A stretch of 64,000 nucleotides of DNA, taken from contig OY968762.1 in the NCBI GenBank assembly GCA_963695225.1, positions 1,952,001 to 2,016,000 on the forward strand. Reading direction: 5' to 3'. Below, piece by piece: positions 57,565 to 64,000 of the stretch. The translations under genes were made by a program, and so were the position numbers. The DNA comes from Vulcanimicrobiota bacterium (GTDB lineage: Bacteria > Vulcanimicrobiota > Vulcanimicrobiia > Vulcanimicrobiales > Vulcanimicrobiaceae). Position 1 is the stretch's first letter. Each line of letters opens with the position of its first letter. A model generated the notes under the pieces. The model had not been told where the DNA came from. It ran no database searches and saw only the letters and a program-made list of their open reading frames with translations.

Positions 57565-58830
57565 ATGCAATTCATCGATGAAGCGACGATCACCGTCGCG
57601 GGCGGCCGCGGGGGGGACGGCATCGTCGCCTGGCGGCGCGAGAAATACGTCCCGAAGGGCGGCCCGGCCGGCGGAGACGGGGGGCGCGGGGGGGACGTCT
57701 GCCTCGAGGCGAGCCCGGAACTGAACACGCTCGTCGAATTCCGCTTCAAGAAGCACTTCGCAGCGAAGGCCGGAGAGCCCGGGCTCGGCTCGAACAAGTC
57801 CGGCCGCAGCGCCGACGACTTGATCGTCCCGGTCCCCGTCGGCACGCTCGTTTATCGCATCGAGGAAGACGGGCGGGAGTTCCTCCTCGCCGATCTGTCG
57901 GAACCGCTCGAGCGCATCCGAGTCGCCAAAGGAGGGCGCGGCGGGCTCGGCAACCAGCACTACGCGACGGCGACGCGACAGGCCCCGCGCTTCGCCGAGA
58001 AGGGGGAGCCGGAGCAAAGTTGCACGCTTCGCCTCGAGCTCAAGCTCCTCGCCGATTGCGGCCTCGTCGGGCTCCCGAACGCCGGGAAATCGACGCTGCT
58101 CGCCGCGGTTTCGGCGGCAAAGCCGAAGATCGCCGACTACCCCTTCACGACGCTCGAACCGCAGCTCGGGGTCGTGCGCCTAGGCCCTGAGGAATCGTTC
58201 GTGATGGTCGACGTTCCGGGGCTCATCGAGGGCGCGCACGAGGGGTCGGGCCTCGGCGACCGCTTCCTGCGCCACATCGAGCGGACGCGCGTGCTCCTGC
58301 ACCTGATGGACGGCGCGAGCGCGAGCGACGAGATCCTCGCGAACAAGGCGACGATCGAAAACGAATTGCGGCTCTGGAATCCGGCGCTCGCCGAGCGCCC
58401 GGCACTCCCGGTGATCACGAAGCTCGACCTGCCGGACGCCCGCGCCAGTTTCGAAGCGCTGCGCCCGCAGATCCCGGGGCTGCGCGGAATCTCCGCGGCG
58501 ACCGGCGAGGGCGTCCGCGAGCTGCTCTACGCGGCGTTCCGCACGATCAAAGAGACGCCGCCCCCCGAGGTCGCCGCCCCCGAGATCCCGCGCTTCGTCT
58601 TAGCGCCGGCGGAACCGTTCGAGATCGCCGTCGACGAGCGCGGGGTCTTCGTGGTGAGCGGCGAGCGGGTCGAGCGCCTCGCGGCGATGACGAACTTCGA
58701 GAGCGACGAGGGACTCGGCCGCTTCGAGCGCATCATCGCAAAAATGGGGATCGACAAGAAGCTGCGCGAGTTGGGTGCGCAAGACGGCGACACCGTCCGC
58801 ATCGCCGGATACGAATTCGACTTCTCGTGA
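57565..58830 (+). CDS. obgE: GTPase ObgE/CgtA
   Basis: Gly-rich Obg fold, GLPNAGKST, YPFTT, DVPG, C-terminal GDTVRI...EF domain. Confidence 0.98.
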   Translation: MQFIDEATITVAGGRGGDGIVAWRREKYVPKGGPAGGDGGRGGDVCLEASPELNTLVEFRFKKHFAAKAGEPGLGSNKSGRSADDLIVPVPVGTLVYRIEEDGREFLLADLSEPLERIRVAKGGRGGLGNQHYATATRQAPRFAEKGEPEQSCTLRLELKLLADCGLVGLPNAGKSTLLAAVSAAKPKIADYPFTTLEPQLGVVRLGPEESFVMVDVPGLIEGAHEGSGLGDRFLRHIERTRVLLHLMDGASASDEILANKATIENELRLWNPALAERPALPVITKLDLPDARASFEALRPQIPGLRGISAATGEGVRELLYAAFRTIKETPPPEVAAPEIPRFVLAPAEPFEIAVDERGVFVVSGERVERLAAMTNFESDEGLGRFERIIAKMGIDKKLRELGAQDGDTVRIAGYEFDFS

Positions 58831-59441
58831 GACTCGGGCTCCTGGGCGGGACGTTCGATCCGATTCACAACGCCCATCTCTTCATCGCCGAGGCGACCCG
58901 CGTCGCGCTCGGGCTGGACCGGGTCCTCTTTCTCCCGACGGGAGGGGGGCATTACCGCCTCCCACCGGAGGCCTCGCTCGAGGCACGCCTCGAGATGCTC
59001 CGCCTCGCGCTCGCGCCGAACCCGCACTTCGCGCTCGACCCGACCGACTTCGACGAACGCGCCACGGGGTACACGGCGGACCTGCTGCCCCGGCTGCGCG
59101 CCCGCTTCCGGGACGACCGGCTCGTCTTCATCGCCGGGAGCGATTCGCTCATCGAATCTCCTTGGCAGCGCTTTGACGAGGTCCTAGCCCAGCTCGACGC
59201 CTTCGCCCTGGCCCCCCGCGCGGGGCGCCCGCGGGAGCAGATCGAGGCGTTCCTCGCCTCGCTTCCGGCGGAGCAGCGGGCGAAGGTCCTCGTGCTCGAC
59301 CTGCCGCCGCTCGCCGAGTCCGCGACCTACGTTCGCGATCAAATGGGGCGCGGCGGCTCGATTCGCTACCTCGTTCCGGAACCCGTCGCGCGCTACATCG
59401 CCGAACGCGGCCTCTACGCGGACCGCCGTGCCGGGTCCTAG
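58827..59441 (+). CDS. nadD: Nicotinate-nucleotide adenylyltransferase
   Basis: GGTFDPIHNAH, GYT.D, AGSDS, SAT.VR, YI...GLY motifs. Confidence 0.94.
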   Translation: MRLGLLGGTFDPIHNAHLFIAEATRVALGLDRVLFLPTGGGHYRLPPEASLEARLEMLRLALAPNPHFALDPTDFDERATGYTADLLPRLRARFRDDRLVFIAGSDSLIESPWQRFDEVLAQLDAFALAPRAGRPREQIEAFLASLPAEQRAKVLVLDLPPLAESATYVRDQMGRGGSIRYLVPEPVARYIAERGLYADRRAGS

Positions 59442-59468
59442 TTCGCCGTTTTTCCGGGGATTGCGCCG

Positions 59469-60776
59469 GTGGAAAGAGAAACGTCCGGCGTGGAAATTCT
59501 CACGGCCGCTGCCGAGTTGAGTTTCGGCGGCGTGACCGCGAGCGAACTCGCGCGGACATACGGCACGCCCCTGATCGTCATCGATACTGACGTGCTGGAT
59601 CGCAACGTGGCTGCGTTCGTCGCGATAGGGAACGAGTGCGGGATCGAAGTCGCGTATGCCGGGAAGGCGCTGTTGTTCGTCGCGCTCGCACGGCGGCTCG
59701 CGCGAGCGGGGCTCTCGCTCGACGTTTGCTCGCTCGGCGAACTCTACACCGCCGAACGCGCCGGGGTCCCCGCCGAGCGCTTGGTCCTGCACGGCTGCGG
59801 GAAGACCGACGACGAGCTGGGCGCTGCGCTCGCGGGCCGCGTCGGCCGGATCGTCATCGACAACCGCGAAGAACTCGAACGCCTGATCGAGCGCGCCGAC
59901 CCCGCGCGACCGCTGCACGCGCTCTTGCGCGTCAACAGCGGGATCGAGGCGCACACCCATGCCTACGTGCGCACGGGCGGCGAGGATTCGAAGTTCGGAT
60001 TTGCGCTCGACTCGCTCGACGAGGCGCTCGCACGCTGCGCCGCCGCCCCGGGACTCCGGCTCCTCGGCCTCCACACGCACATCGGTTCGCAGCTCTACGA
60101 GAGCGACGCCTACGAGGCGGCGGCGCGCGTGATGCTCGACGCAATCTCGCAGGCGCGCGAGCACGGTATCGAGATCGAGGAGTTGGTCCTCGGCGGCGGG
60201 TTCGGCGTCTCGGCCTCCCCCGACGACGAGCCGTTCGACGCCGCCGCCACGCTGCGGACCGTCTCCGCCATCGTCTCTCGGGTCGCAAGCGCGCGCGGCT
60301 TGCGAGCCCCGCGGCTCGGCATCGAACCCGGCCGCGCGATCGTCGCCTCGGCGGGGACGACGCTGTATCGCGTCGCTTCGGTCAAGCGGCAAGGCTCGCG
60401 CCGCTATGCAATCGTCGACGGCGGTATGACCGACAATCCGCGGCCGGCGCTCTACGACGCCTACCACCATCCCGATCTCGCCTCGCGCGTCTCCGAAGCG
60501 CCGCTCGTCGAGACGACGATCTGCGGCCGCGCCTGCGAGAACGACGAACTCGTGAGCACGGCACTTCCCGAAGACCTCGCGGCGGGGGACCTGCTCGCGC
60601 TCCACACGACGGGTGCCTACACGTTCAGCATGGCGAGCAACTACAATCGCTTCGCGCGCCCGGCCGTCGTGTTTGCCGGCGGCGGGGCCCACCGCCTCGT
60701 CGTCCGCCGCGAGTCCCTCGACGATCTCGTCCGCAACGACCTCGGGCCCGACGAACCGCTTCCGTCCACCGAATGA
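59469..60776 (+). CDS. lysA: Diaminopimelate decarboxylase
   Basis: YGTPL, YAGKA, SKFG, HIGSQ, GGGFG, EPGR, CGRACE, GAY..SMASNYN motifs. Confidence 0.95.
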   Translation: MERETSGVEILTAAAELSFGGVTASELARTYGTPLIVIDTDVLDRNVAAFVAIGNECGIEVAYAGKALLFVALARRLARAGLSLDVCSLGELYTAERAGVPAERLVLHGCGKTDDELGAALAGRVGRIVIDNREELERLIERADPARPLHALLRVNSGIEAHTHAYVRTGGEDSKFGFALDSLDEALARCAAAPGLRLLGLHTHIGSQLYESDAYEAAARVMLDAISQAREHGIEIEELVLGGGFGVSASPDDEPFDAAATLRTVSAIVSRVASARGLRAPRLGIEPGRAIVASAGTTLYRVASVKRQGSRRYAIVDGGMTDNPRPALYDAYHHPDLASRVSEAPLVETTICGRACENDELVSTALPEDLAAGDLLALHTTGAYTFSMASNYNRFARPAVVFAGGGAHRLVVRRESLDDLVRNDLGPDEPLPSTE

Positions 60777-61249
60777 GCGCCGGCGGCCGCGGATCCGGCC
60801 TGCTTGCGGCGACGCTCTGGCTCCCCGCGCTCTTCGCAGCCGGGCCGCTCGCCGGATGCGCCGCGGGCGGCAGCGGCGGCGGGGCCGGCGGGAGCGCCAC
60901 GGCCTCGAATGCCGAGATCTATGCGGCGTTTGCGCAGCATCGCTCGCCGGTCGAGGTTACGGCTCAGGGGACCGTCGTCAAGGTGCTCGGCATCCGGGGA
61001 GGGCGGGTCGGCCGGCACGAGGGATTCCTCGTCCATCTTTCCGGGAACGAAGGTCACGACCTCACGCTTCGCATCGAGGATAACATCGAGCTCACGGGGT
61101 CGATTCCGTTGCGGGCGGGAGATGCCGTCGAAATCCGAGGAGAGTACATCTACGACCCGCGCGGCGGGCTCATTCATTACACGCACCGCGATCCGCGCGG
61201 TCGCCACCCCTCCGGATACGTGCGTGTGAACGGGCGAATCTACTCATAA
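60773..61249 (+). CDS. DUF3465-like lipoprotein
   Basis: Lipobox LAGC; GEYIY..RGGLIHYTHRDP.GRHPSG C-terminus. Confidence 0.75.
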   Translation: MSAGGRGSGLLAATLWLPALFAAGPLAGCAAGGSGGGAGGSATASNAEIYAAFAQHRSPVEVTAQGTVVKVLGIRGGRVGRHEGFLVHLSGNEGHDLTLRIEDNIELTGSIPLRAGDAVEIRGEYIYDPRGGLIHYTHRDPRGRHPSGYVRVNGRIYS

Positions 61250-61310
61250 AAAACCCGTCGGACGCCGTATACAAAAGCGGGTGGGTCCTATAGTATGAAA
61301 GTCCCAGGCC

Positions 61311-61916
61311 ATGCGCGACCTTGCTACGATCGTTCTCGCCAGCGTTTCTCCGCGGCGCATCGAGCTTTTGAGTTCCCTTGGTTTGCACGTTTTGATCGTC
61401 CCGAGCAACGTCGATGAAACCGATCCTCCTGCTTTGGCCCCCGCCGACCTCGCCGTCTTCCACGCTCGCGCAAAGGCCGATGCCGTTGCCGAACTGGAGC
61501 ATGCCCGCGTGATCGTCGCAGCCGACACCGTGGTCGACCTCGACGGCCGGGCGCTCGGGAAACCCCGCCACGAGGCCGACGCGCGCTCCATGTTGGAAGC
61601 GCTATCGGGCCGCGAGCACGTCGTCCATACGGCCTTCACCGTGGTCGACGGCGCGAGCGGAGCCCGCCTCGAGCGGCGCTCCTCGACGCGGGTCACGTTC
61701 TACCCCCTTTCGGCGGAAGATGTCGACCGGTACATCGCGACCGGCGAGTCGCTCGACAAGGCCGGCGCCTACGGAATCCAGGGACGCGGGGCGACGCTCG
61801 TCGAGCGCATCGAGGGCGATTTTTACACCGTGATGGGCTTCCCGCTGGGGGCTTTCGTGCGTAGCCTTCCCGAGATCGGATATCGGCTCGCCGCCCCCGA
61901 GGCGATCGTCCGGTGA
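61311..61916 (+). CDS. maf: Maf-family nucleoside triphosphate pyrophosphatase
   Basis: LASVSPRR, ADTVV, LGKP, DKAGAYGIQ, VMGFP motifs. Confidence 0.96.
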   Translation: MRDLATIVLASVSPRRIELLSSLGLHVLIVPSNVDETDPPALAPADLAVFHARAKADAVAELEHARVIVAADTVVDLDGRALGKPRHEADARSMLEALSGREHVVHTAFTVVDGASGARLERRSSTRVTFYPLSAEDVDRYIATGESLDKAGAYGIQGRGATLVERIEGDFYTVMGFPLGAFVRSLPEIGYRLAAPEAIVR

Positions 61917-63025
61917 CCCAGCCGCAGACATCGTCCGCCCTGTTCGAAGGTCTCCGCCAATCGATCAGCCCCGACATCGGGCTGGATCTCGGAACCGCGA
62001 ACACGGTCGCGTACGAGCGGAACATGGGCGTCATCGTCAGCCAGCCCTCGGTCGTCGCCTACAACGTCGACGATGAGCGCATCGTCGCGATCGGCCAAGC
62101 CGCCAAAGAGATCGAAGGCCGCGCCCCGCAGAAAGTCCGGGTCGTGCGGCCGCTGCGGCGGGGAACGATCTCCGATTTCCACGCCGCGGAAGCTCTCGTC
62201 GCCGACACGGTCGACAAGGCGCTCGCCGCCCGGAAGAACTTCGGGCCGCGCGTGGTCGCTTCGATCCCGGGCTGCGCGACCGACATCGAATGCAAGGCGG
62301 TCGAGCAGGCCGTCCGGCTCGCGGGGGCGCGCTGGGCGACGTTCGTCCCGCAGGCCGTCGCGGCGGCGGTCGGAGCCGGCCTCGACATCACCTCGCCGCG
62401 CCCGATGATGATCGTCGACATCGGCGGCGGCACGACGGAAATCGGGATCCTCGGGCTCTCCGGCGTGATCCGGCTGCACTCCGTGCAAGTCGGCGGCGAC
62501 GATTTCGATCGAGCGGTCCAGAATCGCCTGCGCGCGCGGAACTTCGTCGTCGGATCGGCAACCGCCGAAGCGATCAAGATCGCGCTCGGGTACGCCGGGC
62601 GCGCCCCGGGGCGGGCCCCGCTCACGATCCACGGCAGCGACCTCCGTCTCGGCGGCGCCCCCGGGAGCCAGACCGTCGAAGAGGCGCTCGTCGGCGCCGC
62701 GCTGCGCGAGGGGATCGAGCGAATCGTCCGCGCCGTTTGCTCCGTCCTCGAGACGACGCCGCCCGATGCGGCCGGAGATTTGCTCGAGAGCGGGATCACC
62801 TTGACGGGCGGAGGCGCTCTGATCGCGAACCTCGCGGGCGAAATCGGCATTCGAACGAACGTTCCTACGACAGTAGCTCCCGATCCGCTCCTCTGCGTCG
62901 CGCGCGGTGCCGGGGAGATCCTCGGTTCGCCGTCGCTCTTGGAACGCGTGCGTCCGTCGGCCGACAAGCTGACGAGGTGGTACCAATCTTTACGTATCGG
63001 GATGAGAGAAAGCTACTCGCCTTAA
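61913..63025 (+). CDS. mreB: Rod shape-determining protein MreB (divergent)
   Basis: DLGTANT, PSVVA, DIGGGTTE, LTGGGAL, DPL.CVARG motifs; lies in maf-mreBCD. Confidence 0.88.
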   Translation: MTQPQTSSALFEGLRQSISPDIGLDLGTANTVAYERNMGVIVSQPSVVAYNVDDERIVAIGQAAKEIEGRAPQKVRVVRPLRRGTISDFHAAEALVADTVDKALAARKNFGPRVVASIPGCATDIECKAVEQAVRLAGARWATFVPQAVAAAVGAGLDITSPRPMMIVDIGGGTTEIGILGLSGVIRLHSVQVGGDDFDRAVQNRLRARNFVVGSATAEAIKIALGYAGRAPGRAPLTIHGSDLRLGGAPGSQTVEEALVGAALREGIERIVRAVCSVLETTPPDAAGDLLESGITLTGGGALIANLAGEIGIRTNVPTTVAPDPLLCVARGAGEILGSPSLLERVRPSADKLTRWYQSLRIGMRESYSP

Positions 63026-63792
63026 TCGCGACGGTCATCGTCCTCGCGGCCGTCGCCCTCGTCCAAGTCGGCGCGGCGAAGGCGGGGCGGCCGAGCTTCC
63101 TCGACATCACGGTCGGCAGCATCGTCGGAGTCGGCCAGCGCCTCGTCATGGGAACAGTCGACGGGATCGGGCGCGCCGCCGGTGCGGTCGCAGGCGTCCC
63201 ACGTTATTACGACGAGGCGCAACGCCTGGGCCGGGTCAACCGCAACCTCGCCGCGGAGAACGCGCGCTTGCGCGAGGCGCTCTCGCAGGAACCGAGCCTC
63301 CTCGCGCTCGAGCGCGCGCTCGCGGTGAATCCCAAGGGGATCCCGGCGGCGACGATCGCGGTCGATCTCGAAGGCCAATCGCGCACGATCACGCTCGATC
63401 GCGGCTCGACGAGCGGGATCGCGCTCGATGCCGCCGTCGTCGATGCGGACGGAGCCGTGGGCCGCGTCGTTTCGGTGCAGCCGTTCGTCAGCCGCGTCTT
63501 ATTGCTGACCGATCCGACCAGCAAAATCCCGGCGATCGCGCAGCGCGGCCGCTGGTGGGGAATTGCGACCGGGACGAACGCGCACGTCCAACTGCAATAC
63601 GTCTCGCAAGATGCTCCCTTACGCGTCGGCGACGCCGTCGTGACCGGCGAAGGGCGCACGTTCCACGCGGGCGTGCCGATCGGCCGCATCGTCACGATCT
63701 ACCACCCGCAAGGGGCGCTGTACCAAACGGCCGTGCTCGAACCCGCGGCGCAGTTCGGGCGGATCGGGAGGGTCCTTGTCCTTCCGCACTGA
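62977..63792 (+). CDS. mreC: Rod shape-determining protein MreC
   Basis: N-terminal TM, ENARLRE coiled coil, LDRGS..GI, G.VGRV, V.LLTDP, GDAVVT, F.AGVPIG motifs. Confidence 0.9.
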   Translation: MVPIFTYRDERKLLALIATVIVLAAVALVQVGAAKAGRPSFLDITVGSIVGVGQRLVMGTVDGIGRAAGAVAGVPRYYDEAQRLGRVNRNLAAENARLREALSQEPSLLALERALAVNPKGIPAATIAVDLEGQSRTITLDRGSTSGIALDAAVVDADGAVGRVVSVQPFVSRVLLLTDPTSKIPAIAQRGRWWGIATGTNAHVQLQYVSQDAPLRVGDAVVTGEGRTFHAGVPIGRIVTIYHPQGALYQTAVLEPAAQFGRIGRVLVLPH

Positions 63793-64000
63793 GCCCGCGC
63801 TGGCGCCCTCGATCGAAGAGTTTGCCCCGCCCGCGTGGGGCCTCGCGCTCGGGCTGTTCGTCGCGCTCGTCGCGCAATCGTCGTTGCTCCCGCTGCTGCC
63901 CGTCCGCGACGCTTTCCCGAGCCTCGTGCTGACGCTCGTGATCTGGTACGCGTTGCGCAGCGGCCCCCGCGCGGCGTTGCTCTACGGCACGCTCGCGGGC
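63776..64000 (+). CDS. mreD: Rod shape-determining protein MreD (runs off the window end)
   Basis: TTG-initiated hydrophobic ORF ...ALVAQSSLLP...FPSLVLTLVIWYALRSG...G...G following mreC. Confidence 0.75.
   Translation, partial: MSFRTEPALAPSIEEFAPPAWGLALGLFVALVAQSSLLPLLPVRDAFPSLVLTLVIWYALRSGPRAALLYGTLAG

Noticed and set aside
1..64000. CRISPR arrays, rRNA, tRNA, prophage or defence systems
   Set aside because: None detected by eye in this window

Overview
High-GC bacterial chromosome segment, mostly housekeeping genes. It carries the F0F1 ATP synthase genes atpI-B-E-F'-F-H, then wecB, a tagO/wecA-like gene, a dCMP deaminase, upp, glyA and rpiB. A 6S RNA lies next to SRAP and photolyase genes. 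Next come an epimerase/DUF1611/peptide-binding/C39 cluster, trmL, msrB, and a lipid-catabolic block (acyl-CoA dehydrogenase, SDR, HAD, TspO, HxlR). A long minus-strand run goes fabF-rnc-smc-purH-hisS-accB, through ADP-heptose/LPS core genes, to aspS. The window ends with hldD, a frameshifted IS1202-like element, and rpmA-obgE-nadD-lysA-maf-mreBCD. Firmicutes-like gene order together with LPS genes suggests a diderm Terrabacteria lineage, possibly Vulcanimicrobiota/Eremiobacterota (inference only). Most notable: (1) a ~285-bp folded element whose mismatches are all G-U on the + strand, next to an orphan two-gene pair inserted between glyA and upp; (2) an operonic MreB with actin-like QAV in place of the catalytic EP; (3) a shared ACTTGC-N5-GCAAG operator that defines a candidate HxlR regulon; (4) a dehydratase gene bracketed by 42-bp direct repeats; (5) two genes that appear to need CTG starts; (6) an L27 with a Prp-type propeptide but no neighbouring prp or rplU. 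Start codons were refined by eye and all calls come from motif recognition, not database searches.
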